A program made the translations under genes and the position numbers. This document shows positions 29,729 through 39,812 of a stretch of DNA of 64,000 nt, piece by piece. Position 1 is the stretch's first letter. Each line of letters begins with the position of its first letter. The DNA comes from Candidatus Geohabitans tengchongensis (GTDB lineage: Bacteria; Sysuimicrobiota; Sysuimicrobiia; Sysuimicrobiales; Humicultoraceae). The notes beneath the pieces were generated by a model. That model worked only from the letters and a program-made list of their open reading frames with translations. It did not search any database and had not been told where the DNA came from. The stretch spans positions 11,800 through 75,799 of the forward strand of contig JAVKIH010000007.1 of assembly GCA_031459625.1 (NCBI GenBank), in the 5' to 3' direction.

Positions 29729-30721
29729 TTACTCCGCCAACAGGAGGCGTCCGCTGCCTGCGCGCTTCGCCTCGATGAGGGCGGCGTCGGCTTTGCGGAT
29801 GAGGTCCTCCGGGTCCACCCCGTCCGCCGGGAACTGGGCGATCCCGGCGCAGACGCTCAGGTGGACGGGCATGCCGTTCCGCCCCACGAAGGTCTCGTCG
29901 GCCACGGCCCGCTGCAGCCGGGCGATGATCGACGCCGCCGGGCCGGCCGGCGTCTCCGGCAGGATCACCACCACCTCGTCGCCCCCGTAGCGGGCGGCGA
30001 CGTCCACGGCCCGCAGGTTGCGCTGGATCACCCCCGCCACCTTGGCCAGGACCTCGTCCGCCACCAGCAGCCCGTGGCTGCGGTTGAGCTCCTTGAACCC
30101 GTCCAGGTCCAGCATCACCAGCGACAGCGGCTTGTCGTAGCGCAACGCCCGCTGCATCTCCTCACGCAGCCGCAGGAAGAAGTAGCGCCGGTTGTACAGC
30201 CCGGTGAGCTCGTCGGTGATGGCCAGCCGCCACATCTTGGACATGAGCTCGAAGTTGGCCAGCAGCCAGGCCAACTGGGCGGCCACCACCGAGATGACCT
30301 GGAGGTCTTCGGGGGTGAAGTCGCGGGCGCCCGAGAGCTTCCCCAGGTTGAGCACGCCGATGACGCGCTCCCGGCTGCGGATGGGGATGATCAGCGCCGA
30401 GCGGGGCCGTGGGGTCGCCCGCGGCGACGGCAGCTCGCCGTAGAGGAGGCGCGGGGTGCCCTCCGCCGCCACCTCGCCCGCCGGACCCTCCTGCAGGCCG
30501 ATGCGCATGCCCGGCGTGACCTCGGCGCTGAGGCCCCGGGCGGCCACGAGGGCGAGACCATCCCCGTCCCGCAGGAGGATGGACCCCTGCTCCGCGTCTA
30601 CCCACTGGAGGAGGCGGTCCAGGTAGCGCTCCAGCGTCTCCTCCAGGTCCTGCCCGGGAGCGACCTCGGCGGCCGTGTCGATCAGCCAGTTCAGGGTGGC
30701 GTGCAGGCGCACCGCTTCCAT
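29729..30721 (-). CDS. GAF-GGDEF diguanylate cyclase
   Basis: GAF (IPI..VIGVLNL..FTPED), DELTGLYNRR, DLDGFK.LN, RAVD I-site, GGDEV. Confidence 0.9.
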   Translation of the reverse strand: MEAVRLHATLNWLIDTAAEVAPGQDLEETLERYLDRLLQWVDAEQGSILLRDGDGLALVAARGLSAEVTPGMRIGLQEGPAGEVAAEGTPRLLYGELPSPRATPRPRSALIIPIRSRERVIGVLNLGKLSGARDFTPEDLQVISVVAAQLAWLLANFELMSKMWRLAITDELTGLYNRRYFFLRLREEMQRALRYDKPLSLVMLDLDGFKELNRSHGLLVADEVLAKVAGVIQRNLRAVDVAARYGGDEVVVILPETPAGPAASIIARLQRAVADETFVGRNGMPVHLSVCAGIAQFPADGVDPEDLIRKADAALIEAKRAGSGRLLLAE

Positions 30722-30932
30722 AACCATTTCCCTATGCCCGGGCCCGAGCCGGCTGAGACCGCCCGGCAGGAGGCCGCGGGCGACGGATCGCGGGCCGCGC
30801 GCTGGCCTGCCGACGGCGGGACGACCGCTCCCTGAACCGGCGGCCGGGCACCCGCCCGGAGCGCGGACTGACAGAACGGCGCCGGGCGGACCCACCCGGC
30901 GCCGTCTCCCCGGGACATCCCGGCCTCCGGCC

Positions 30933-31571
30933 CTACGGCCGCGCCTCGGGCAGGACGAAGGTGTTGGAGACGACGTTCAGTCGCAGGCGGGGCAGCGGCT
31001 GCTGGGGCGAGATGGCGAGCTGGGTCATGGCGATGAAGCGGGGGAAGTTCTCCAGCCGGCGCAGCATGCTGAGCAGCGTGTCGTAGGTCCCCTCGAAGGA
31101 GAGCTCCAGCCGGAACTGCTGGTAGGGCGGGGCGGCCGGCTGGGCCTGCTGCCCCTGCCCGGAGGCCGGGGCAGGGGCGGCCGCGGGCGGCTGCCCCTGT
31201 CGCGGCCCGGCGCCGGCCTGGCCGGTGGGGGCCTCCAGGGCGCCGGGGCGGATGAGGTTCATCTTCACCCCGACCTCACTGGCCACCGCCTGCATCTGAC
31301 GCAGCAGCGTGGGGATCTCCCGCGCCGGGGGCAGCTTGGCCTCGATGGCCTGGATGCGGTCCTGCAGGGCCCGGTACTCCCGCTCCAGGTCCTCGCGCTG
31401 GGCGGCCAGCTGCTCCATCTCCGCCACCTGCTGCTGCTTCTGGGTGAGCTGCGCGCTGAGGCGGCGGATCTCGTCCTGCTTCCCCGTGTAGACGAAGAAG
31501 TAGAACCCGGCCGCCAGCGCCAGCGTGACGAGCACGCTGACGAGGAGTCGCTCGCGTGGGCTGGTCTTCAT
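30933..31571 (-). CDS. pilO: Type IV pilus alignment protein PilO
   Basis: TM + coiled coil, KLP..EIPTLL, GTYD..L.RLENFPR. Confidence 0.88.
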   Translation of the reverse strand: MKTSPRERLLVSVLVTLALAAGFYFFVYTGKQDEIRRLSAQLTQKQQQVAEMEQLAAQREDLEREYRALQDRIQAIEAKLPPAREIPTLLRQMQAVASEVGVKMNLIRPGALEAPTGQAGAGPRQGQPPAAAPAPASGQGQQAQPAAPPYQQFRLELSFEGTYDTLLSMLRRLENFPRFIAMTQLAISPQQPLPRLRLNVVSNTFVLPEARP

Positions 31572-32128
31572 CGGCTGCTCTCCGGGGTGGCGCCGGGCTT
31601 GACCAGGCGTCCGGTCACCTGGAAGCGGACGACCTCGACCTCGCCCACCCGCTCACGCTCGGCGGAGCTCAGGTCGAGGCCGTCGAAGAGGCGGCTGGAC
31701 TCCAGGTTGTCCATGAGCCGCGCCACCGCCACGAAGCTCATGGCCATCCCGTCGATGGTGAAGGACCCGGTGTCGGGCACGTTCAGGGTAGTCATCCAGA
31801 CGTCCCGGGGGATGAGCACCCGGATGTTGGCCAGGATGGAGGAGGCGGGGAGCTGGCTGGCCAGCAGCTGCGCCAGCAGGTCCTCCTTGCGCCGGGCCTC
31901 CTCGATCTGCCGCTTGAGCGCCTGGACCTCCGCCACCTGCGGTTGCAGCTCGGCGATGCGCGCGTCGGCCCGGCGCAGCTCCCCCTGCAGGGCGGCGAGG
32001 CGGGCGGAGAGGCTCAGGTAGACGACGACGAGCACGACGAGCACCGCCACGGGCAGGGCGACCGCCAGGAGCGCCCCGCCGGGCACCTGGCGCCGCGGCC
32101 GCCGCGGCAGGAGGTTGATCCGGATCAT
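31568..32128 (-). CDS. pilN: Type IV pilus alignment protein PilN
   Basis: N-terminal INLLP PilM-binding motif, TM, coiled coil, IP.DVW. Confidence 0.92.
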   Translation of the reverse strand: MIRINLLPRRPRRQVPGGALLAVALPVAVLVVLVVVYLSLSARLAALQGELRRADARIAELQPQVAEVQALKRQIEEARRKEDLLAQLLASQLPASSILANIRVLIPRDVWMTTLNVPDTGSFTIDGMAMSFVAVARLMDNLESSRLFDGLDLSSAERERVGEVEVVRFQVTGRLVKPGATPESSR

Positions 32129-33210
32129 CGCTCCTCTCCCCCTCTGAGCGCGAGGCCGACGGCCACCGACATCACGGGGCCGGTGGAGGCCAGGACGTCG
32201 GGGCCGAAGGCCGCGCCGTTGACCTCCAGGTGGGCGAAGGGGTTGCCGACCTCGACCGGCAGGCCCAGTTCGGCGGCCAGCACGCGGTCGAGGTTGCGCA
32301 GCCGGGCCAGCCCGCCGGTGAGCACCACCTGCGAGACCACGGCGGCGCGCGTGCGCGTCTGGTAGTAGTCCAGGGAGCGCCGCACCTCGGTGATCAGGTC
32401 GCCCACCTGCGGGGCGATGGCGTCGTGGATGCGCTGCACGGTCAGGTCGTCGGGGATGGCGTTCTCGTCCAGGATCTCCCCGCGCTCCTCCAGCAGCTGC
32501 CGGGCCGCCCCCTCGTCCAGGCCCATGGCCTCCTGGACGGCGTGCACGAGCGAAGTGCCGCCGATGGGGATGTTGCGCGTCAGCCGCAGGCGGTCCCCCT
32601 CGGTAATGACGATGTCGCTGGCCTCGGCACCCAGGTCGATGAAGACCACGGTGCGCTCCGGCGCCTGGGCGGGGCGCAGGGCCCGCAGCACGGCGAAGGA
32701 CTCGACGTCCACCACGATGGGGGTGAGGCGGGCCGCCTCCACCGTCTCGATGATGCGCTGGACCACGTCCTGGCGCGTGGCCACCACGACGACGTCCAGC
32801 ATCTTGCGCCCGTCTTCGGTGGACTCCCCCAGCACCTGGTAGTCCATGTAGACGTCCTGGATGTTGTAAGGGAGGTAGCGCTCCGCCTCGTAGCGGACCG
32901 CCGCGGTCAGCTCCTGGGCGGTCATGGGCGGGACGCGCACCTCGCGCACCGTGACGTTCTGGCCGCCGGCGCCCACGACGACGCGGTCGGTGCGGATGCC
33001 GGCCTTGTCGAAGAGCGCCCGCACCTGCGCCCCCACCTCGTCGGGGGCGACCGGCACCCCGTCCCGGAAGGCGCCGGCGGGCGAGGGGAGCGTGGCCATG
33101 CGGGCCAGCCGGTAGGTGCGGCCGGCCCGGACCAGCTCCACGACCTTCAACCGGTCGCTGCCGATGTCCAGCCCGACCAGGGATCCGGAGGAGAACTTGA
33201 ACAGGCCCAT
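32125..33210 (-). CDS. pilM: Type IV pilus actin-like protein PilM
   Basis: VGLDIGS..KVVEL, EAERYLPY, IDLGA, EVRRSLDYY, LTGG, GLALRG. Confidence 0.95.
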   Translation of the reverse strand: MGLFKFSSGSLVGLDIGSDRLKVVELVRAGRTYRLARMATLPSPAGAFRDGVPVAPDEVGAQVRALFDKAGIRTDRVVVGAGGQNVTVREVRVPPMTAQELTAAVRYEAERYLPYNIQDVYMDYQVLGESTEDGRKMLDVVVVATRQDVVQRIIETVEAARLTPIVVDVESFAVLRALRPAQAPERTVVFIDLGAEASDIVITEGDRLRLTRNIPIGGTSLVHAVQEAMGLDEGAARQLLEERGEILDENAIPDDLTVQRIHDAIAPQVGDLITEVRRSLDYYQTRTRAAVVSQVVLTGGLARLRNLDRVLAAELGLPVEVGNPFAHLEVNGAAFGPDVLASTGPVMSVAVGLALRGGEER

Positions 33211-33330
33211 GTAGACAACCGCCTCTGGTGATCTCGGACGTCCCGGCTCCGCTCCCAGGAGTGTTATCGGCCGGGAGGCGCCGGAGAACAGGGCGGGCCG
33301 ACGACGTGGCGGCGGCCCGGCCGTCCGCGT

Positions 33331-33357
33331 ATTCGACGCGAGCCCGCCGGGCCCTGC
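33331..33357 (-). promoter_or_regulatory. SigH-like promoter upstream of pilM
   Basis: Minus strand GCAGGG-N14-GTCGAAT. Confidence 0.5.
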
Positions 33358-33511
33358 GGCCGGCTGCCTGCCTCGGTGCCCTTATGCCCGTTTGGAGGAT
33401 CCTTCAGGCGCGCCTCATGCGGGAAGGCGGCAGGCTGCCCGGTGGGGGAGGCGGGGCGACGGCCGGGCCGGGCGGCGCCGGGGCCCCGAGGAGCGGCCGT
33501 TCGGGGGCCCC

Positions 33512-35494
33512 TCAGGGCGCGCCCAGCTCCATCCAGCGGGGGCGGTCGTAGAGCGAGTCCTCCCGGCCCACCCCGGGTCCCCGGCGGGCGGCGTAGACGC
33601 CGGTGAGGGGGAAGAAGGGCGGGGAGATGGCCGAGCGCAGGCGCGGGTCGTAGGTGAAGTCGCGGCCGTAGCCCTTCGGGGGTGAGGTGATGGCCCCGAA
33701 CTCCCCGAACCGAAACTGGACGACGCTGCCGAGGAAGTGTACCGCGCCCTTGTCCGGCACCGTGTCCCACCCCTTCACCCAGAACTGCCCGTTGGGGGCC
33801 AGGACGGCCGCATCGACGTACAGGTCGCGCGGCGTGACGAACCCGTCGATGGTGATCCGGCCGCCCAGCGACCACAGGCCCAGGACGTTGCCGGGCAGGT
33901 CGAGCGGGTCGGTGACGACGGGCGGGCGCTCGTAGACCAGGTGGTCGGTGATGTGGATGTCGCCGCTCGCGGCGATGGTCAGGCGCGTGTCGCGCTGCAC
34001 CGTCCCCCACAGGCCGCCGGGGTTGGCGGGATTGGCCGAGTTGCTGCGGATCTGCCCCTCGACGTAGACCATCCCGTTGAAGAGGGCGGTGTAGGTGGTG
34101 CAGGTGGCGAACCCCGGCCCCTGGCAGGCCTGGATGCGCGTGCCGGCGGGGTCGAGGACGATCTTCCGCGTGCGGGCGGTACCGCACCCGGCGGTGCAGG
34201 CGCTCTCGACGATGATGACCTGCCGCCCGCTCTCGACGCGCAGCTCGAGGGCCTGCACGTCCCCCTGGATGTAGAGGCCCCCGCACCCCAGGCTCCCGCA
34301 GGTGTCCATCACGTAGATCCCCGGCGGGGGCGGGCCGCCGACGTCGGGCAGGTCGCTGGTGCCGCGCCGGATGGCCGCGGGGCCCGGCGGACCGCCCCAC
34401 AGCGGGGTGTCGCCGACCGCGGCCCGGGCCGGGTGGACCGACCCGGGGCCGGTGAGGGTGGGCGGCGCGAGCGGGGCCACCCGGCGGATCACCGCCCCCT
34501 GCACGGCGTCGCATGGGGCGCCGCCGCTCGTGCCGCTCGACTGCTGCGGCAGGAGCGTCACCGGGCGGTCCTCGGTGAACCCGCAGTTGTGGTAGCGGAT
34601 GTCCGCGTCCACCTGGGTGGTGCTCGGGTCGTTGAACGTCGGCCGTCCCCAGATCTGGAAGCGGCTGTTCGTGTGCACCGGTCCGGTGAAGACGCTCGTG
34701 GTGTACATCCAGGTGGCCGAGTCGGCCGGGTCGCTGCTGAGGATCCCCAGCGCCCATTCGTGGTAGGCCGCCCGCTCGATCAGCATGGGGAACCCGGTCC
34801 CGCTCCCCGTCCATGCCGCGGTGGGGGGCTCCCAGGCGTCGCAGGGGACGGCCCCGGTGGGCGGACCGACCAGGCAGACCGTCCGCTGCGCGTTCCCGGC
34901 CGTCCCTGTCGCCACGATCCGGTAGTCGAACCACATCAGGTAGCGCTCGGGGGCGAGCGGGCCGCCGACCTGACAGACCACGCCCGTCCGCCGGGTGGGC
35001 CGCAGCGTCACCGTGGCGTGGAAGCGCCCCAGCGAGCGCCCCGCGGGGCTGTCGGTGAGCTGCACGGGAGCCGCGGGCGTCCCCACCGCCAGCCGCACCT
35101 CGCGGTTGGCCGCGTCCTCGACCCAGTCCGTGCTGCCCAGCGTGAGCGGGTAGGCGAAGTCCCGCACGATCTGCCAGGCACCGGCCCCCGGAGTGCCGGT
35201 CTGTTCGGCCGTGCAGGGGGCGAGGAGCTGGCTCTGAGCGGCACCGGCCACGCGGACGTTGAGATCGACGGCAAAGCGCTGGCGGAGCTCCCCCAGCGCG
35301 TAGTAGGCGCCCGCTTCCGCAGCGGCGAGGGCCTGGACGCTGCGGAGCTGGTCTGCGGACATGGTGCGCTCGCCCATGGTGGTGAGGGCCATGACGCCCA
35401 CGAGCAGCGTGAGCACGAGGATGGTGGCCAGGGCGGCCATGAGCGCCACCCCACGTTCGTCGTCGACCAGGTGCACGAGGAACCGGACCGGCAT
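33512..35494 (-). CDS. Large PilX-like tip pilin (ComZ/DUF4900-like), paralog 3
   Basis: ERG|VALMAAL (no Glu5), [32 protein letters not shown]. Confidence 0.8.
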   Translation of the reverse strand: MPVRFLVHLVDDERGVALMAALATILVLTLLVGVMALTTMGERTMSADQLRSVQALAAAEAGAYYALGELRQRFAVDLNVRVAGAAQSQLLAPCTAEQTGTPGAGAWQIVRDFAYPLTLGSTDWVEDAANREVRLAVGTPAAPVQLTDSPAGRSLGRFHATVTLRPTRRTGVVCQVGGPLAPERYLMWFDYRIVATGTAGNAQRTVCLVGPPTGAVPCDAWEPPTAAWTGSGTGFPMLIERAAYHEWALGILSSDPADSATWMYTTSVFTGPVHTNSRFQIWGRPTFNDPSTTQVDADIRYHNCGFTEDRPVTLLPQQSSGTSGGAPCDAVQGAVIRRVAPLAPPTLTGPGSVHPARAAVGDTPLWGGPPGPAAIRRGTSDLPDVGGPPPPGIYVMDTCGSLGCGGLYIQGDVQALELRVESGRQVIIVESACTAGCGTARTRKIVLDPAGTRIQACQGPGFATCTTYTALFNGMVYVEGQIRSNSANPANPGGLWGTVQRDTRLTIAASGDIHITDHLVYERPPVVTDPLDLPGNVLGLWSLGGRITIDGFVTPRDLYVDAAVLAPNGQFWVKGWDTVPDKGAVHFLGSVVQFRFGEFGAITSPPKGYGRDFTYDPRLRSAISPPFFPLTGVYAARRGPGVGREDSLYDRPRWMELGAP

Positions 35495-35514
35495 CGCGCC
35501 TCGAACCTCCCTGC

Positions 35515-36423
35515 TCACCGCGGCGGCGGGGGCGTCGGCGGTGGTGTGGGTGTGGGTGTCGGCGTCCGTGTGGGGGTGGGCGTCGGCGCGGGCGTCGGCG
35601 TCCGCGTGGGGGTGGGGGTCGGGGTCGGCGTGGGCGTCGGTCGTGGTGTCGGCGTCGGTGTGGGCGCGGGCGTTGGCGTCGGAGGCGGAGTGGGTCGTGG
35701 GGTCGGCGTGGGCGTGGGCACGGGCGTGGGGGTTGGCGTGGGTGTGGGCGGCGCGATCGCCCGCCCGGGCGTCGGGCGCCCCGGGACCGTACCCCCTCCC
35801 CCGCTCCCGCCGCCCGCCCCTGTGGGGGCCGAGCGCAGGAACAGGTCGGTGCTCACCCGCCACAGGCCGAACGGCAACCGGGTGGAGCGGCGTACCCCCA
35901 CGCGGGCCTGCAGCCTGACCACGTCCCCCGGCGCGGGTGAGGCGGTCGGCGTGCACCCCCCGGCCGCGTCGCAGTACTCGACGTGAAACTCCTCGATGCG
36001 CGCCGCCAGGACGATGGCCCCGGAGGTCACCGGGCAGCCCGGGCCCGTCCCGTCCACCAGCTCGCGCCGCAACGTCGGCGGCGTGCTCGACCCGTCGTGC
36101 CGGAAGCGGACCCGGTAGCGGCACCCCGGGAAGATGGGGTTGTCCGGCGGGACCTCCACCGTGACCCGGTCGGGGCAGAGACTGCCGGTGCACCCCGCAT
36201 CGGCCACGACCGCTTCGGCCCAGCGGACCTCCTCGGCCAGATGGTCCATCCCCCGGCGCGCAGCCTGCTGCGCCTCAAGGAACTCTCCGCTCACCAGGAC
36301 CCCTGAGGCAGCGCTCACCGCCATCGCATAGAGCCCCACCGCGGCGATGGCGAGGACCGCCAGGGCCACGACCACCTCCAGCAGGGAGAGGCCGCTGGCC
36401 ATCAGCCGGCGAGACCTGGACAC
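35515..36423 (-). CDS. PilW-like minor pilin with C-terminal Pro-Thr tail
   Basis: G|LSLLEVVV prepilin motif, EEVRWAE motif, long (PT)n tail. Confidence 0.82.
   Translation of the reverse strand: MSRSRRLMASGLSLLEVVVALAVLAIAAVGLYAMAVSAASGVLVSGEFLEAQQAARRGMDHLAEEVRWAEAVVADAGCTGSLCPDRVTVEVPPDNPIFPGCRYRVRFRHDGSSTPPTLRRELVDGTGPGCPVTSGAIVLAARIEEFHVEYCDAAGGCTPTASPAPGDVVRLQARVGVRRSTRLPFGLWRVSTDLFLRSAPTGAGGGSGGGGTVPGRPTPGRAIAPPTPTPTPTPVPTPTPTPRPTPPPTPTPAPTPTPTPRPTPTPTPTPTPTRTPTPAPTPTPTRTPTPTPTPPPTPPPPR
35521..35752. repeat. Low-complexity hexamer repeat encoding (Pro-Thr)n
   Basis: Degenerate GGNGTN hexamers on + strand. Confidence 0.9.
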
Positions 36424-36434
36424 GCCCACCGCCC

Positions 36435-37004
36435 TCAACTCCGCCACCACATCCCGCGCAGGATCGCGGAGGAGAGTTCGGCCCGCAGCAGGCCGTCGTG
36501 GTAGACCCGCACGGTCACCCACTTGACCAGGTTGCTGTCCGTGGCGGCGTTCCCCGTGATGGGGCACGGGGGCCCGGTCGGGTCGCGGGCCACGCGGCAG
36601 GGCACCGGGGCGGACGCCATCGCCACCTGGTCCACCAGGATCTCGTAGGCGTAGGCCCCGAAGGGCGGGGCGAAGGGGGTCGGGCCTTGCGAGGTCAGGG
36701 CGTCCCAGGCCGCGGTCCACTGCGCCAGGGTGGGCTGGGCCTCGACGCGCGCCCGCACCTCCTCGAGCGTGCGGGCCGCCAGGTTCGCCGCCACCGTCGC
36801 GCTGCCGCTGCGGTTGGTCACGACCAGGATGGTGGCGGCAGCACGCGCCGCAAAGAGCAGCGCCAGTGCCGCCAGCGTGAGGGCCACCACGACTTCCAGC
36901 AAGGTGAGGCCGCGCTCGGCCCATCGTCCCTGCCCGCGGCGCGGGATCCGGGTCGGACGCGCACGGCAGGGAGGGTGAGACAGGTTTCCAGGCGGCCAGG
37001 GCAC
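36435..37004 (-). CDS. PilV-like minor pilin (start uncertain, up to 37073)
   Basis: [22 protein letters not shown] and WVTV.VY shared with the 40905 paralog. Confidence 0.8.
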   Translation of the reverse strand: MPWPPGNLSHPPCRARPTRIPRRGQGRWAERGLTLLEVVVALTLAALALLFAARAAATILVVTNRSGSATVAANLAARTLEEVRARVEAQPTLAQWTAAWDALTSQGPTPFAPPFGAYAYEILVDQVAMASAPVPCRVARDPTGPPCPITGNAATDSNLVKWVTVRVYHDGLLRAELSSAILRGMWWRS

Positions 37005-37079
37005 GAGACGCCACTCCCTCCACTCGGCCGTGAGTGCTGCAGCGACAAGGGTTGTCGGCTGGTCTGTGAACACGGGCTC

Positions 37080-37107
37080 ATTCGACGCCCCTGGCGCGCG
37101 TCCCTCG
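37080..37107 (-). promoter_or_regulatory. SigH-like promoter upstream of minor-pilin cassette 3
   Basis: Minus strand CGAGGG-N15-GTCGAAT. Confidence 0.5.
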
Positions 37108-37201
37108 TTTCGCTACATTTGCTGACATTTGGTCGCAGGGGGATGGACGGGAGCGTGCCGGGAGTTTGGCCTGAACGTCCGGGGAAGTTCTCCCGATCCG
37201 G

Positions 37202-37723
37202 CTATGGGGCGAGCTCGACGCGGCCGCCCACGTTCACCACCACGCGGCGCTGCCCCCCGCCGGGCGTGCGCAGCACCACGGCCCCCGCGTTGGGGTTGCC
37301 GAACGGCGAGACGGTCATCGTGTTGCCCGCGAAGGAGGTGCTGGCCAGGTCGATGCGCGAGGGCAGGGTCACGGCCCGCAGCGGCTGCCAGCCGGTGGCC
37401 GGGCACCCGGTGGTGACGTCCCACGGATCGGTGGTGAACTGCAGGGTGTAGGCCTCGCCGGCCGGGTCGAAGGTCACCCGCCAGCAGCGCCGCTCGGTGC
37501 GGGCCCGCTGCTCCACCAGGCGCAGGTCCCCGACCAGCGTGCGGGCGGCGCCGGCCAGCCGGCGGTCGTCGATGAGGCTGCGGCCCCCCAGGCTCAGCGC
37601 CAGGAGGATGCCCAGCAGCACCACCACCACGACCACCTCGACCAGCGAGAGGCCCTGCTGGTCACGGCCCGGTCCAGCGGAGGAGCGTCCCATCGCCATC
37701 CCTGTTCCGTCCGCCTCCGCCAT
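37202..37723 (-). CDS. FimT/GspH-like minor pilin
   Basis: QG|LSLVEVVVV, AARTL..DLR..QRA, C-terminal VVVN.GGRV. Confidence 0.82.
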   Translation of the reverse strand: MAEADGTGMAMGRSSAGPGRDQQGLSLVEVVVVVVLLGILLALSLGGRSLIDDRRLAGAARTLVGDLRLVEQRARTERRCWRVTFDPAGEAYTLQFTTDPWDVTTGCPATGWQPLRAVTLPSRIDLASTSFAGNTMTVSPFGNPNAGAVVLRTPGGGQRRVVVNVGGRVELAP

Positions 37724-37735
37724 GCCCCTGCCGGC

Positions 37736-39787
37736 CTAGTCGCGCACCAGCTCCTCCCAGATGGGGCGGTCGTAGAGGAGGTCGACGCGATCGCGCGGGT
37801 CGGGCATGTTGGGCCACAGCAGCGCGGTGAACTGCGTGGTCAGCGGGATGAACGGGGGGGCCGTGTTGTAGAGGAAGCGCTGGTCGAAGGCCATCTCGCG
37901 CCCGTACCCGGTGATGGGATCGAAGCCGCCGAACTCCCCGAAGCGCTTCTGGGTGGCCCCGCCCAGGAAGTGGAGGGTCCCCTTGTCGGGCAGCCTGTTC
38001 CACCCCTCCACCCAGAACTGTCCCCACGGCGCGAGCACCCCGGCGTCGATGTAGAGGTCGTTGGGGGTCATGTCCCCCACGACCGTCACGTCCCGGGGAC
38101 GGATCCGCGGCGCGTCGTCGCGCGGGTTGCTCGCGTCGCAGGAGGACGGGTCGCCGGTGCGGGGGCTGGAGCACCAGGCGTACAGCCCGAGCACGTTGGC
38201 CACCGGGTCAGTGGGCCCGGTGGGCGGCTGGGCGTAGACCAGGTGGTTGGTCACGCGGATCTCGCCGTCGGCGGCGATGGTCAGGCGGGTGTCGGGGTGC
38301 ACGGTGCCGTACAGGCCGGTCCGCGGGTCGCGCGGATCGCTCAGCACGCTGCCGTTCACAAAGAGCATGCCGTTCCACTGCTTCCCCGTGTCGACGCAGG
38401 CGGCGTCGTTCCAGGCCACGGCCCCCGGACAGACGCGCACCGCTCCGCCCGGCAGGAGGACGAACTTCTTCGCCGGGACCGCGGGGTCGGCGTGCACGAC
38501 CACGATCTCCTGCAGGCCGGCGCGGCAAGGCATCGCCGTGCACTGCAGCACCAGGTTGCGGACGTCCCCATGGACGAAGATGCCGCCGCAGGTCGCCGCG
38601 GCGCACTCGTCCATGAAGTAGATGCCCGGGGGCAGCCGCACGCCGTTGATCGTCTGGTTGCGGGCGGCGACGTCGATGGCCGGGTCGGTGGTGCGGCTGC
38701 GCACCTGGGCTTCACTGGGCTGGAGGGGCCGCGTGGTGGGGGCATCGCCGATGACGGCGCGGAAGGGGCTGTAGTCCCCGGGCGGGTTCAGCACCTGCAC
38801 GTTGTCGGCCGGCCCGCGCGCCAGCGGCGCGCCCTGGTAGGCCGGCCGGTCGCAGGACGGGTTGCTGTCCGCGGCGAGGAGCTGGGGCGTGCCGCAGTTG
38901 CCGAAAAGCACGTTGGACAGGACCTGGCTCACCGTGGAGCGGAACGTCGGGGCCCCCCAGATGGCGAAGCGGCTGTTCGTGTGCACCGGCCCGGAGAAGA
39001 CCGTCGTGTCCACCAACCAGACCGGGTTGGTCGCGTCGAACGCCGTGTCCAGCGTGGCCGAGGCGAAGCAAACGTAGCAGCGCAGCCCGATAACCAGGGG
39101 GAACCCCTGGTCGCTGTCCCATCGCGGGTCGCCCTTGTCGGGGGCGGCCAGCCAGGCGCCGCAGGCGGCGGTGTTGGCCACGGACTTCAGGCAGATGGTG
39201 CGGCGAGCCTCCTGGGTGACGCCGGTGGCCACGATGAAGTAGTCGAGCGGCATGCGGAAGTACTGCGGGGGGAAGGGCGGCGGTGGCTGGCAGTCGTTGG
39301 ACCCCGGCCCCGGGGAGTTGTCGGCCGGCCGCACGTAGACCGTGGCGTACCACGCGCCCACGACGTTCCCCGCCGCGTCGCGGACCTCGATGGGGACGGC
39401 CGCGCTCCCCAGCGGGAGCCAGGCGTAGCGCTGCGCGTCGTCCTCCTGCCACTCGCCGGGGTCGCCGGCGAAGGCGGCCACCACCTTCCACGCCTGGCCG
39501 CGGTTGGTCTGGCACCAGGTGCGCAGGAGGTTGCCGTCGGCGAAGGTCACGCGGGCGGAGAGCTGGTTGGGGTGGCGCAACCGGTAGCGCAGCTCGGCCA
39601 GCGCGCGGTAGGCGCCGGCCTCGGCCAGGTGGAGCGCCTGGGCGCCGCGGCTCTGGGCGTAGGAGAGACCCGTCTCGCTCATCGTGGCCATGGCCAGCGC
39701 GGCCACGACGATGGTCAGGACGATGACGGCCAGAACGGCGCTCAACAGGGCCACGCCTGCCTGATCGCGACCGAGGGCCTTCCACAT
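37736..39787 (-). CDS. Large PilX-like tip pilin (ComZ/DUF4900-like), paralog 2
   Basis: [49 protein letters not shown]. Confidence 0.8.
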   Translation of the reverse strand: MWKALGRDQAGVALLSAVLAVIVLTIVVAALAMATMSETGLSYAQSRGAQALHLAEAGAYRALAELRYRLRHPNQLSARVTFADGNLLRTWCQTNRGQAWKVVAAFAGDPGEWQEDDAQRYAWLPLGSAAVPIEVRDAAGNVVGAWYATVYVRPADNSPGPGSNDCQPPPPFPPQYFRMPLDYFIVATGVTQEARRTICLKSVANTAACGAWLAAPDKGDPRWDSDQGFPLVIGLRCYVCFASATLDTAFDATNPVWLVDTTVFSGPVHTNSRFAIWGAPTFRSTVSQVLSNVLFGNCGTPQLLAADSNPSCDRPAYQGAPLARGPADNVQVLNPPGDYSPFRAVIGDAPTTRPLQPSEAQVRSRTTDPAIDVAARNQTINGVRLPPGIYFMDECAAATCGGIFVHGDVRNLVLQCTAMPCRAGLQEIVVVHADPAVPAKKFVLLPGGAVRVCPGAVAWNDAACVDTGKQWNGMLFVNGSVLSDPRDPRTGLYGTVHPDTRLTIAADGEIRVTNHLVYAQPPTGPTDPVANVLGLYAWCSSPRTGDPSSCDASNPRDDAPRIRPRDVTVVGDMTPNDLYIDAGVLAPWGQFWVEGWNRLPDKGTLHFLGGATQKRFGEFGGFDPITGYGREMAFDQRFLYNTAPPFIPLTTQFTALLWPNMPDPRDRVDLLYDRPIWEELVRD

Positions 39788-39812
39788 CGTCGAGGTCACC
39801 TCTCCTCCTGGC

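Noticed and set aside
33264..33271. FliA-type -10 (GCCGATAA) upstream of pilM
   Set aside because: No TAAA -35 at the right spacing; a second copy at 60989 faces the wrong way.
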